A stretch of 64,000 bases of DNA from a virus (IMGVR_UViG_3300011242_000001:114439-178438), one strand, 5' to 3'. Shown: positions 38,354 through 47,848, counted from the first letter of the stretch. Numbers and translations: made by a program. Notes: generated by a model from the letters alone, not told the origin.

Positions 38354-38598
38354 AAATAGTAGAGCTTCTTTATATGAACACACCTCAAAGTAACGATTTA
38401 CAAAAATTAAGTTTAGATCAACTTAAAGAAATTTATGATCTATATTGTCAAACGACTTATATTTCTTCATCTGTTATTAAAGATGATTGGATTCCTTTTC
38501 AATATGACGCATTAACAACCGGTGTAAGTCAATTTGATATTGATATGATTAGTTTAAATGATGATGACTTTGCAGCCAAGTATCAAACAAAAGATTAA
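38344..38598 (+). CDS. hypothetical protein (likely start ATG 38344)
   Basis: overlaps the upstream gene end; terminator follows. Confidence 0.65.
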   Translation: MSLKIVELLYMNTPQSNDLQKLSLDQLKEIYDLYCQTTYISSSVIKDDWIPFQYDALTTGVSQFDIDMISLNDDDFAAKYQTKD

Positions 38599-38613
38599 GT
38601 AACATTTAACATA

Positions 38614-38652
38614 AAAAATGACCAAGAAAAAAATAGCTTGGTCATTTTTTTT
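38614..38652. terminator. intrinsic terminator
   Basis: AAAAATGACCAAG...CTTGGTCATTTTTTT. Confidence 0.8.
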
Positions 38653-38776
38653 AACTATAAAATAGTGAAACTATATGTAAATAGTATCTATATGTTATAA
38701 ATAGGCTTGTTTTTGTTTATTTTTTATACAAATAAATAATATTTTTAAAATTTATCAAATTTATCAAATAAAACTA

Positions 38777-38805
38777 TGTACACACAAATATAATCCTTAT
38801 ATAAT
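38777..38805 (+). promoter_or_regulatory. early promoter TGTACA-N17-TATAAT
   Basis: exact motif. Confidence 0.75.
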
Positions 38806-38837
38806 GATCTCATACCGCCAAATATGGAAAAAATGTT

Positions 38838-39710
38838 ATGTCACTTAAATTAATTGATGCGAAACAAACAACTACTAAAGTAGAAAATGGAGTTACTTGG
38901 TATTCAAACCCTCTTCTTGCCGTTACAGTATTAAGTGATGGTCGAGTGTTTAATAACAAGACTAACAAATTTTTAAAACCTACTGGTAAAGGTCTGTTTA
39001 GTGTTTATTTCACAGAGGGCACACCATACAGTCACCCTACTACATACGAATCTTTAATTGGTCATTTACTTGGTTTAGATCGTGCCTGGGGTGAAAAGAT
39101 TAAACTAATTGATGAAACCAAAGGCTATATCCAAGGTAATCTTCAATTGGTTAAAGAAAAACGGACGTGGGCACCACGTAAATCACGTAAAGACATTGGT
39201 GACAAAAAAACGCGTGTCAAAAAGAATCCTATTAAAGAAGTATCTGCCGATATTCATATCTTAGAAACTTCGGAAGTAGAACTTCATGGATATAAACTTC
39301 GTGTTACAAAAGCTGAACACGTATTTATTACAGAAGATTTTAAAACCTTTGATACTCGTAAAACCGCTGTAGAACATCAAAATCTAGTTGATAAGGGTAA
39401 AGAACTTGCGTCAATGTTGATCACTAATAATGTTGGATGGAATCTGGCTCGTGAAATTTTCCATAAAGTTGTTCCTGATACTGATGTAAAGTATAAACAC
39501 TTTAAAGATGTTATTGAAAATAATAATGGTATTGTAGAAACAGGTACTAATCCTACATATCGTTTTATTGAACAACCTTATCTTGGTGATTATAAAGAGC
39601 TTTTATTAGATCGTGAATTTAGTAAAGCAGAAGCCAATCAAATCGCCTCTTTATTGGCGAAGTTGAATAATCTTTCAACTGAATTGTTATCTGTTGTTGT
39701 AAAAGATTAA
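38838..39710 (+). CDS. hypothetical protein with NUMOD4-like N-terminus; paralogue of 39768..40187
   Basis: WYSNP...V.SDGRVFN..TNKFLK shared with the next gene. Confidence 0.7.
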   Translation: MSLKLIDAKQTTTKVENGVTWYSNPLLAVTVLSDGRVFNNKTNKFLKPTGKGLFSVYFTEGTPYSHPTTYESLIGHLLGLDRAWGEKIKLIDETKGYIQGNLQLVKEKRTWAPRKSRKDIGDKKTRVKKNPIKEVSADIHILETSEVELHGYKLRVTKAEHVFITEDFKTFDTRKTAVEHQNLVDKGKELASMLITNNVGWNLAREIFHKVVPDTDVKYKHFKDVIENNNGIVETGTNPTYRFIEQPYLGDYKELLLDREFSKAEANQIASLLAKLNNLSTELLSVVVKD

Positions 39711-39720
39711 GTATGATTTA

Positions 39721-39746
39721 AAAAGGGGGAATATACTTCCCCTTTT
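39721..39746. terminator. hairpin, probable terminator
   Basis: AAAAGGGGGA-ATATAC-TTCCCCTTTT. Confidence 0.7.
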
Positions 39747-39767
39747 CCTCTTTAAGGTATATGTATT

Positions 39768-40187
39768 ATGATTAAATTAACTGACATTGATTCATCAAAA
39801 ACAGAAACCCTTTATATGGATGGTATCCTTTGGTACTCGAATCCAATTTTAGAAACTATTGTATCTAGTGATGGAAGAATGTATAATCCTTATACTAATA
39901 AATATATTTCTAAAAATAAAAGCGGATTATTCACAGTGGTTTTATCTAATAAATATCAAACATCATCAAAATACGATAATTTATTGTCGCGTTTATTAGG
40001 TATTCCTCTTAAAAAGGGTGAATCCTTTGTTTTAATTGATCCATCATTAGGGTACGTTGTAGAAAATTTAGTTACAGGAACACAGGTTGAATGTACTAGT
40101 AAAGAAGCTATACTTAATAAAATCCATGAAATGGAAATGATGATTTCATCTTTAAAAAGTATGGTTAATCAATTGGCCGATAATTAA
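39768..40187 (+). CDS. hypothetical protein, paralogue of the 38838 N-terminal domain
   Basis: WYSNP..ETIVSSDGRMYN..TNKY, LID...GY...NL. Confidence 0.7.
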   Translation: MIKLTDIDSSKTETLYMDGILWYSNPILETIVSSDGRMYNPYTNKYISKNKSGLFTVVLSNKYQTSSKYDNLLSRLLGIPLKKGESFVLIDPSLGYVVENLVTGTQVECTSKEAILNKIHEMEMMISSLKSMVNQLADN

Positions 40188-40208
40188 CCAAAATGTTTAA
40201 AAAAGTAG

Positions 40209-40236
40209 TGTACAAATAATTTAATTATTATATAAT
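40209..40236 (+). promoter_or_regulatory. early promoter TGTACA-N16-TATAAT upstream of the tRNA-like RNA
   Basis: motif ends 11 nt before the acceptor stem. Confidence 0.65.
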
Positions 40237-40247
40237 AAAAACATAAA

Positions 40248-40316
40248 GATTAACGATGGTTCTCTAAAAGCCTCTAAAACTTGTCAGACTGGGTTCGATT
40301 CCCAGGTTAATCACCA
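40248..40316 (+). tRNA. atypical 69-nt tRNA-like RNA, anticodon CUA (amber), D-arm reduced
   Basis: acceptor GATTAAC/GTTAATC plus A-CCA; T-arm CTGGG-TTCGATT-CCCAG; loop CTCTAAA at 40272..40278. Confidence 0.75.
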
Positions 40317-40330
40317 AATTCTCAGTTTAT

Positions 40331-40367
40331 ATACCGGTACTTCCCCCAAAGATACCGGTATTTTTTT
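40331..40367 (+). terminator. terminator after the tRNA-like RNA
   Basis: ATACCGGTA...TACCGGTAT plus T run. Confidence 0.75.
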
Positions 40368-40440
40368 ATTTGTAATTTGTATATACAAGCGGTATTATTA
40401 TTGTTATAATAAAATATCATTTTATAATGGGTCAATTATT

Positions 40441-41016
40441 ATGGGAAGCAGCTTTTATAAATTAGAGCATGTACCAGCTCGATATGTACAACATCCTATT
40501 AAAGAGCATAACTATAAGTATATGACAATGCCATATACATTAGATGAATCAGATTCATATAATCAATGCTTTGTTAGACTCAGTAAACAATTTTTAAATG
40601 AACAAATTATAGAAATAAGCACTAACTATGATTTATCTAAATTGACTGGTTTAAATAAAGATTCTCCTAATTATAAAGTAGAATATTTTAGCTCTATTGA
40701 GCAAATACCTCATAGATTACGCCAATATGCACCTCAAGAAAATGGATTAATCATTATGGGTAGCGATGGTATTAATATTAGATTTATGGGGTCAAACGAT
40801 GCAACAGATACTCCAAAAGAAGTATTAGCCTTTATTGAAACATCATGGCATTCTAAAGGATATTATTCAGATAAATTTGACGAATTTTTGAATAAATATG
40901 ATACTTACATTATTTTTCCTGAAATGCTTGAAGAATTTAAACAATGTTTCCCAATGAGTTGTCCGATTCAAGAATGGGTATTGAATAAAAATGAAATTAT
41001 TTATATAAGCATGTAA
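40441..41016 (+). CDS. hypothetical protein
   Basis: ORF behind TATACA-N17-TATAAT (40382..40410). Confidence 0.75.
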   Translation: MGSSFYKLEHVPARYVQHPIKEHNYKYMTMPYTLDESDSYNQCFVRLSKQFLNEQIIEISTNYDLSKLTGLNKDSPNYKVEYFSSIEQIPHRLRQYAPQENGLIIMGSDGINIRFMGSNDATDTPKEVLAFIETSWHSKGYYSDKFDEFLNKYDTYIIFPEMLEEFKQCFPMSCPIQEWVLNKNEIIYISM

Positions 41017-41079
41017 AAATATATTTACATTGCATATACAAACGATTATAATATTTATATTGTTCATGAGGATGAATTT

Positions 41080-41658
41080 ATGCTAAGTTTTGAAGATGTT
41101 AAGTCAGTTTTAATTGCAGTTCAATCTAATCCAGAATTACATCAACAAGCTCTTAAAGAGTGTTCTGATTTATATTCTGAAATGTTTGTTGCCGAAGATG
41201 GTAACTTTACTGGCGCTGACGTTCTTCAAAACTTAAATCTAAATGATCCATGTATGAAGCATTCATTAAATGGTTATTTGGGCGAAATTCTTCAATTGGA
41301 AAAAGATATCGAATCTTATAAAGAATCTTTACAGACAGATAATATAGCTTTAATTTATGTAGAAATTCTTAAAAAAGAAGCAACAAGACAAATTCGCTAT
41401 AATCCTTTCTATTATGATGAAGATGAAGATACTCATTATAACGATGAGGATTTTTATCATTCAATTGATTATTATCCGGATGACGAAGTTGATTTATCAG
41501 ATGAAATTGAAGCCCGATTTGATGAACTTTTAGAAAAATTTAAAAACACTGTATATGTAACACTTGTAAATTATAAAGGCGAGTGTGAAGGTGAAAGTAT
41601 GTTAATTAAGGCATCACATCTTCGTAAGTTTTATTCAAAATATTGTTATGGAGATTAA
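41080..41658 (+). CDS. hypothetical acidic protein
   Basis: GAGGA RBS; TTTACA-N17-TATAAT at 41024..41052. Confidence 0.8.
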   Translation: MLSFEDVKSVLIAVQSNPELHQQALKECSDLYSEMFVAEDGNFTGADVLQNLNLNDPCMKHSLNGYLGEILQLEKDIESYKESLQTDNIALIYVEILKKEATRQIRYNPFYYDEDEDTHYNDEDFYHSIDYYPDDEVDLSDEIEARFDELLEKFKNTVYVTLVNYKGECEGESMLIKASHLRKFYSKYCYGD

Positions 41659-42400
41659 TATGCATAAGTTAGCACATGAGAAATTTGAACTTGAAGAAAA
41701 ACCTTTTTCAAAATTATTGGAATCATATTTTGAAAAACAATATAAGGCGCCAAATAAATTATTTAAAAATGCTCCGTTAAATAAACCGGAACACTTTTAT
41801 AAAGATACTTTTAGATATCGACCTAATAATTCATTTTTATGGTTTAAAAGTGGTTGGATGACCTGTTATGATCATATTACTGCATTAGGCCGTATTGCTT
41901 TAGTACCAAAAGTAAAAACTGATTTTCATCACAATTTTCTAATGGCTGCTACAAAAGATTTAACTGATAGATCAGAAATTATTAGTAAAACTTATGAATA
42001 TGCTATTCGTCATGCTGACTTTGTAGCTGATATGAATGGGAATCAAAGACTATTCCAAAAAATTAAAAACGTAATTTCAGAAGTAAAAGAGATAAATTTA
42101 TATGCATATCAAATACTTGATATAATTAGTAATATAATCTCTAATATGCCATTAGATGAAAAAATCGATAATTACGATTTTACAGATAATACATATAATA
42201 CGGTACCGGTGTATATTAATGATACGTATACATATAAATCATACGGTAAAACGCATGACTATAAATGGACTTCATTTATCGGTAAAGGCGAATATAATTC
42301 AGCCGGTCAGTTTAATATGTTACAAATTATTGAAGATTATAATGATATTTTTACCAAATATCATGATGTAATTCAAATATATAAATCTATGGGCGAGTAA
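41648..42400 (+). CDS. hypothetical protein (start may be ATG 41660)
   Basis: ORF in operon; GGAG before 41660. Confidence 0.75.
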   Translation: MEINMHKLAHEKFELEEKPFSKLLESYFEKQYKAPNKLFKNAPLNKPEHFYKDTFRYRPNNSFLWFKSGWMTCYDHITALGRIALVPKVKTDFHHNFLMAATKDLTDRSEIISKTYEYAIRHADFVADMNGNQRLFQKIKNVISEVKEINLYAYQILDIISNIISNMPLDEKIDNYDFTDNTYNTVPVYINDTYTYKSYGKTHDYKWTSFIGKGEYNSAGQFNMLQIIEDYNDIFTKYHDVIQIYKSMGE

Positions 42401-42402
42401 GT

Positions 42403-42861
42403 ATGAGTATTGAAAAATATAAAAATTTAGTAAATCATGCTAATATGACATTAGATGATTTAAATGCTATTAAAAAAGAGCGGGATGCTAATACAGAATC
42501 CGCACTAATGTTTATTAAAACGCATAAATCATATTTGCAATATCTTATTCATGGATTACCAATTAATTGTCGTTATAACGCATTAATTAATTATTTTACA
42601 AGTAATATTGGGATTATAAATACTAATAAATTAATTTTTCCATTAATGCGTATTGGTATTTTTAATAATAAAATATTAGCGACTATATGTTTAACGATTG
42701 CATATATTCATTATTTTATGGTATATTTTATTTTGATTAATTGGTTTTCGACAAAAACGTGGCCATTAATGATTGCATTAATGTCATTTTTTATAATATC
42801 ATTTGGATTAGCAGCTTTTTGTAAAACTAAATTTCATTTATATAATAGGACAAAATGGTAA
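42403..42861 (+). CDS. two-TM membrane protein, family member 1
   Basis: ALMF...R...G...GIF core plus two hydrophobic helices. Confidence 0.75.
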   Translation: MSIEKYKNLVNHANMTLDDLNAIKKERDANTESALMFIKTHKSYLQYLIHGLPINCRYNALINYFTSNIGIINTNKLIFPLMRIGIFNNKILATICLTIAYIHYFMVYFILINWFSTKTWPLMIALMSFFIISFGLAAFCKTKFHLYNRTKW

Positions 42862-43160
42862 TGAAAAAACTTTTATTAATTCCGCTTTTAGTAATGTTGG
42901 CATCATGTGAAAACAGCTCTAAAAATATTACGGGTAATTATGTTTTACCTCCAGAATTAGCTGATTGTAGTATCAATTATTTAAAATCCACGGTTGAATA
43001 TAATATTACTGTTGTGCGTTGTCCTAATTCATCGACTGTATCTTCATCAGTACAAAATTGTGGTAAAGGTTGTACCACAACTCGTAATGTTACTGTAATT
43101 GATGGAGTTGAGTATGTGCGAGCGGATTCAACACCGACAGCCACTAATGGAGTAGAATAA
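42861..43160 (+). CDS. lipoprotein
   Basis: MKKLLLIPLLVMLASC lipobox; four further Cys. Confidence 0.8.
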   Translation: MKKLLLIPLLVMLASCENSSKNITGNYVLPPELADCSINYLKSTVEYNITVVRCPNSSTVSSSVQNCGKGCTTTRNVTVIDGVEYVRADSTPTATNGVE

Positions 43161-43642
43161 TGAGTAATAATGAGCATTATTCTAAATTAGTAAATATGGC
43201 AGATAAGCATATTGAAAAACTTAATTCCGCTAATAAAGAATTAAATGATCAAACACTTGCTGCTCTTATGTTTATTAAATCACATAAAAATTATATTAAA
43301 TTTTTGGTGCTTAATAGTAAAATTCGATGCCGCCAGGATGATGTATTAAAATTTATTAAAGAAAATGTTGGACCATTCGATAAAGATATTGTTAAGTGGG
43401 AATTGACTAAAATTGGTATCCCATCACATACATTTATGGAAAGATTACTAGCATTAATTTTTATTTCTATTTATATATTTTTAATGATGTATTTTTATCC
43501 AACAGAGATTGATGATACTTCATTAGTAAACTATTACGTCAATATTGTTTATGGTGGTGTTACATATTCAATGATTATGTGGTGTATCGGTGCCAAATTT
43601 ATTTGTTCTAAATTACCACTTTATTTTTATAAGAAATATTAA
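43160..43642 (+). CDS. two-TM membrane protein, family member 2
   Basis: family motif. Confidence 0.75.
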   Translation: MSNNEHYSKLVNMADKHIEKLNSANKELNDQTLAALMFIKSHKNYIKFLVLNSKIRCRQDDVLKFIKENVGPFDKDIVKWELTKIGIPSHTFMERLLALIFISIYIFLMMYFYPTEIDDTSLVNYYVNIVYGGVTYSMIMWCIGAKFICSKLPLYFYKKY

Positions 43643-43644
43643 TT

Positions 43645-44436
43645 ATGCATTTTATTATTCAAGAAAATATTAATCAAGATGATTTTAACTCATTGATTGA
43701 AGCAATTAATGATCAAGGTTTTACTTATGAATCATTTTTTCATATTCCCTTTGATACATCATACCCTGAATTACCTAGTCATTCAGGGGTATTTGTTTAT
43801 GCGGCAAGTTCAGTAACAGACGCAATTTATAATGATCATGAAGATTTTAAAGGTGTATATAATCATACATCTCAAATTAATATTCATAACTTTTATAAAA
43901 ATACGGCAGGTTTAATGTGGAGCCCTCGAGCAAATCAATGTACTCTCGCGGATGTATTATTATTGCCATTATCAGATGACAAAATTTTTGTTAGACCTGC
44001 AATTGATAATAAGTTATTTTCTGGACAAGTTTGTACACAAACAGAGTTCATTGAAATGGCTAGAAAAATGATTGCAGCTGAACCATTATATGCGAATGAA
44101 GAAATATTTATTGGTGGCGTTAATTATCCAGAAGAAGAATATAGATTATTTATTGTAGATGGTGATATTGTTGCATCAAGCTTATATCGTTTAAATGGAG
44201 AAGTTAAAAAACTTGAAGGTTCTACTAATGAGGTTAATAAATTAGCCTTAGAATTTTATAAAAAGAATTATCGATCAGGTTATTTACCCCTTTCTTGTGT
44301 AATTGATGTTGGATATAGCTTTGGTGAAAATAAAATTGGCGTAATTGAAGTAAATTGTATAAATAATTCGGGTTTTTATGGTATTATTAAAGCTGATCTA
44401 GTAAAAGCGTTAGCTAATGGCATAAAGGTGAAATAA
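43645..44436 (+). CDS. ATP-grasp protein (DUF4343/R2K-like)
   Basis: FVRP..DNKLFSGQV, EYRLFIVDG.IV.SSLY, VIDVG, VIEVNCINNSGFY. Confidence 0.8.
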   Translation: MHFIIQENINQDDFNSLIEAINDQGFTYESFFHIPFDTSYPELPSHSGVFVYAASSVTDAIYNDHEDFKGVYNHTSQINIHNFYKNTAGLMWSPRANQCTLADVLLLPLSDDKIFVRPAIDNKLFSGQVCTQTEFIEMARKMIAAEPLYANEEIFIGGVNYPEEEYRLFIVDGDIVASSLYRLNGEVKKLEGSTNEVNKLALEFYKKNYRSGYLPLSCVIDVGYSFGENKIGVIEVNCINNSGFYGIIKADLVKALANGIKVK

Positions 44437-44437
44437 A

Positions 44438-45310
44438 ATGATTACATTTAGAGATAGATTTTTCGGCTGTTTCTTTGGATCTATTCTTGGTGATGTATTA
44501 GGAATGCCATACGAATTCGAATGTGCCGGTGATTTCTATTTTGATGGTACAATGGAAGAGGGCGGCCCATTTAACCTGCAACGTGGCTATTATACCGATG
44601 ACACAAGCATGATGATTGCAATGGCGGATTCCATTATCGAATTAAAAAAAATTGATATGGTAAACCATATACATCGTTACAGTCAATGGTATCGTCGCGG
44701 TTTATATTCATCAACAGGTGAATGCTTTGATATTGGGAACCAAACACGTACTGCAATTGAATATTTTGAACAATTCAACGAATTTTTACCAGAGTCAACT
44801 GGGGCAGGAAACGGCTCATTAATGCGAGCAGCCCCAGTTATTTTGTATTCAGTAAATGATTATAAAACTACTTTTGCTGAAAATATTAAAAAGTCTTGTA
44901 TCACTACTCATCATAGCGAAAAATGTATTGATTATACAACGCGATATGCTGAATTAGTACGTGACATCATTACTGAAGATACCAGCGCATTGGATAAGAT
45001 TCGTGAAATAGTTGATTCGTATGATTACGGTGAAGAATATGAAGCTACTGGATATATTGTAAATAGTTATTATGCATCACTACGTTCTTTTGCTAACACA
45101 ACCAGTTTTAAAGATTGTATGATTGACATTATCAACATTGGCGGCGATACTGATACAAATGCTTGTATTGCTGGTATGCTTGCGGGGGCTCATTATGGAT
45201 TTAGTGGCTTACCAAAAGAATGGGTGTACAATATTCATAACTTTGAGTACTTATATAAAATGTGTGAATCTTTATTGGAGTTAGTACAAGAAAATGCACA
45301 ATCCTATTAA
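44438..45310 (+). CDS. ADP-ribosylglycohydrolase (DraG/ARH family)
   Basis: GDVLG.PYEF, YTDDT, FDIGNQT, GNGSLMR, TTH, GGDTDTNA. Confidence 0.93.
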   Translation: MITFRDRFFGCFFGSILGDVLGMPYEFECAGDFYFDGTMEEGGPFNLQRGYYTDDTSMMIAMADSIIELKKIDMVNHIHRYSQWYRRGLYSSTGECFDIGNQTRTAIEYFEQFNEFLPESTGAGNGSLMRAAPVILYSVNDYKTTFAENIKKSCITTHHSEKCIDYTTRYAELVRDIITEDTSALDKIREIVDSYDYGEEYEATGYIVNSYYASLRSFANTTSFKDCMIDIINIGGDTDTNACIAGMLAGAHYGFSGLPKEWVYNIHNFEYLYKMCESLLELVQENAQSY

Positions 45311-45560
45311 TACACAAGACGATTATTTAAAATTCAAATCAAGATGTAATGTTGCATCTTGGTTTGACATTCCCACACTTAATGAGTTGAACGAAAATAA
45401 TATTAAAATTGTTCATGAAGATATTTATGAAGAACGATATTTACAAGAGACGGAAAATCTTATTCGTCAATTTGTAAAAAATATTAATTCAATCTATTCT
45501 ATTACTTCAATGAATGGTTTATCAACCAATTATATAATGCATATAATTAAAGCGATTTAA
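45294..45560 (+). CDS. hypothetical protein, paralogue of 61256..61549
   Basis: NT..DY..F..R.....F..PTL.ELN.NNIKI.H shared. Confidence 0.7.
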   Translation: MHNPINTQDDYLKFKSRCNVASWFDIPTLNELNENNIKIVHEDIYEERYLQETENLIRQFVKNINSIYSITSMNGLSTNYIMHIIKAI

Positions 45561-45562
45561 TT

Positions 45563-45889
45563 ATGATTAATATTAATATGCAAAAAGGTCAATGTTATGA
45601 ACTAACTTGGGATTATGGTGGTATTAGTAGATCATTGATTGGAAAAGTTGAATCTATAAAAATCACTGATTATAATATTCAGGTCCAATTTATCATGCCT
45701 AACTACAAATATAATGGCCATTGGCGCGGCGATAATTTGTTTAAATACTTATGGTGGACAAATACATCTCGCCATTACCAATTGAAAGATGCAGATATTC
45801 GCCATATAACATTGGGATCATGTTTTATATTAAGAGGCTTATTACCAAAATATGAAACTATGGAACGATATTATAGTAATTTAAATTAA
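45563..45889 (+). CDS. hypothetical protein
   Basis: ORF in operon. Confidence 0.65.
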   Translation: MININMQKGQCYELTWDYGGISRSLIGKVESIKITDYNIQVQFIMPNYKYNGHWRGDNLFKYLWWTNTSRHYQLKDADIRHITLGSCFILRGLLPKYETMERYYSNLN

Positions 45890-45901
45890 TTTATAAATGT
45901 A

Positions 45902-45930
45902 TGTACATTAGGGCAAACATAATATATACT
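45902..45930 (+). promoter_or_regulatory. early promoter TGTACA-N17-TATACT
   Basis: motif match. Confidence 0.7.
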
Positions 45931-45959
45931 ATAGATATACAAATTTATGGAAATATATT

Positions 45960-46805
45960 ATGTTTGCTCTACCTATTTTTGAGACAGCTCATCCACGTTG
46001 GGCTAAAAGTATGGCTAACTCCATGCATGAAGCTGGATATACTGACTATGAACATCGTGAATGTGTAGTATTTGATCCTGACGCCCCACACGGTATTGTA
46101 TATTGTAAAGGCCATAATATTAATTATGAATTGCATCCCTTATTTAATGAAATAACATATGACGCACGACATTCATTAATTGTTGATGTCACAAATAAAA
46201 AATCTAAATTAATGCGCAATCGTAAATTTAAAAAATCTTTATGGTATGCACCAAGCTTTCTATTTACTGATGAATATCAAAAGCCGTTTAGAGATGTATA
46301 TCTACTAAATGATTATGGTGTATGTGATAGCGCTGAACAAGTAATGGCACATTATAAATTTTTGGCAGATGATCCAGATAATACATACTTTATTGCATTA
46401 ACACCTATTGTTAAAAAGCATCAACCTGCAAATGGTGGCTGGAGATGGCACAAATGGGGCCCATATATTGGAAATCATAAACCAAGCAGTGAATATATTT
46501 ATGATGAGCCAAATATTGATTATGTATTTACATATCATGTTTATAAATTTAAAAAATGTGAGCCTCTATTAAAGACTGAACATTTTTCATTTGTACAGAT
46601 TGGTAGAAGCGCGTTTCATGTTTACTCAAATGAAACAAATTTAAATATCTTCACTGTCGATTTAGAAAAGCGTGAAGTTACTATTATTAATGATGATATA
46701 TCAATTAATAAAACACATATTACAGTCGCGACGATCCCAGAAGATATTACCGCCGAAAATATGGGTGAATGGGTTGAACTTAATTATAAAGATACATGGT
46801 TATAA
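45960..46805 (+). CDS. conserved phage protein of unknown function
   Basis: YGVCDS.EQ...GGWRWHKWGPYIG motif recognised from other phage hypotheticals. Confidence 0.75.
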   Translation: MFALPIFETAHPRWAKSMANSMHEAGYTDYEHRECVVFDPDAPHGIVYCKGHNINYELHPLFNEITYDARHSLIVDVTNKKSKLMRNRKFKKSLWYAPSFLFTDEYQKPFRDVYLLNDYGVCDSAEQVMAHYKFLADDPDNTYFIALTPIVKKHQPANGGWRWHKWGPYIGNHKPSSEYIYDEPNIDYVFTYHVYKFKKCEPLLKTEHFSFVQIGRSAFHVYSNETNLNIFTVDLEKREVTIINDDISINKTHITVATIPEDITAENMGEWVELNYKDTWL

Positions 46806-46817
46806 TTGGAAAAATTA

Positions 46818-47336
46818 ATGAGTATTGATAAAGAAAAAATTGATTCTCTTTCGCAAGTTTGGACAAATAAAGTCCAAACTATTGCCGATGATAAACGTTA
46901 TAAGGATGCTAAGTCTGAAGAGGCTATTGCATTTTTATTAAAAAATATGGATCAAATTAAATTTGTTTTATGTACTCATAAAATGAAAAATAGATATGAA
47001 AATGTAATAGAATATATGGGTTCTAATTTTGAATATTTTGATATTAAATCCGTGAATAAGATTTTATTTAGAAATGGTATATATAGTCGTGATGTATTAT
47101 TTATTTTAGAAATTTTAATATCTATATTTTTAACATTATTGTTTTTTATTATTTTGTTTATAATTAATTTATCAATTGTGGCAATATTTTTTATAACGAT
47201 ATTTGTATTATTGCCGTTTTTTGGCATATTATGCGATTATATTCAAAATATAAAAAATACTAAATTTGTTAATTATAGATTAGCGAAACAGTATAAAAAA
47301 TTACCAATTCCGACAAAGAAGATTCAATTAAAATAA
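46818..47336 (+). CDS. two-TM membrane protein, family member 3
   Basis: family motif; ATG 46818 after GGA. Confidence 0.75.
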   Translation: MSIDKEKIDSLSQVWTNKVQTIADDKRYKDAKSEEAIAFLLKNMDQIKFVLCTHKMKNRYENVIEYMGSNFEYFDIKSVNKILFRNGIYSRDVLFILEILISIFLTLLFFIILFIINLSIVAIFFITIFVLLPFFGILCDYIQNIKNTKFVNYRLAKQYKKLPIPTKKIQLK

Positions 47337-47348
47337 GGTATTTGACTT

Positions 47349-47840
47349 GTGAACGATATTGTTAAACGAAAATCAGATGAGCTTAAAAATGTTATAAGCC
47401 AATATAGCAATAATCAGATTAAAGAAAATACTGATAATGCGGTTACATATTTATTAGCTAATATGGATGGGCTGAAATATTTATTATCTGCTTATAATAT
47501 TAAAGATCGTCAAAGAATTATGCTTAATCATTTAACCCAACATTTTGGTAAAATTGATAATCACGTAATTACTAAAATTCTTAATAAAGAAAGAATTTAT
47601 TCTGTCAAATTAATGAAATTTTTAACATATATATTACCATTTATTATATTAGTGATTACATTTATAAGTTTTAATTTATATATGATTTCAGTTGGGTGGT
47701 TTATTTTCTCTTTATTAGTCGGTACATTTTTATATCTATTAATTGGTGTATACTTAGAAAGTAGAAATAAGACAAGTGCTTTAACATATAGATTATCCAA
47801 AGAATATAAACATTTATATAAGCCTAACCAAAAGCTATAA
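47349..47840 (+). CDS. two-TM membrane protein, family member 4
   Basis: family motif; YRLSKEY tail. Confidence 0.75.
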   Translation: MNDIVKRKSDELKNVISQYSNNQIKENTDNAVTYLLANMDGLKYLLSAYNIKDRQRIMLNHLTQHFGKIDNHVITKILNKERIYSVKLMKFLTYILPFIILVITFISFNLYMISVGWFIFSLLVGTFLYLLIGVYLESRNKTSALTYRLSKEYKHLYKPNQKL

Positions 47841-47848
47841 GGTGTAAA

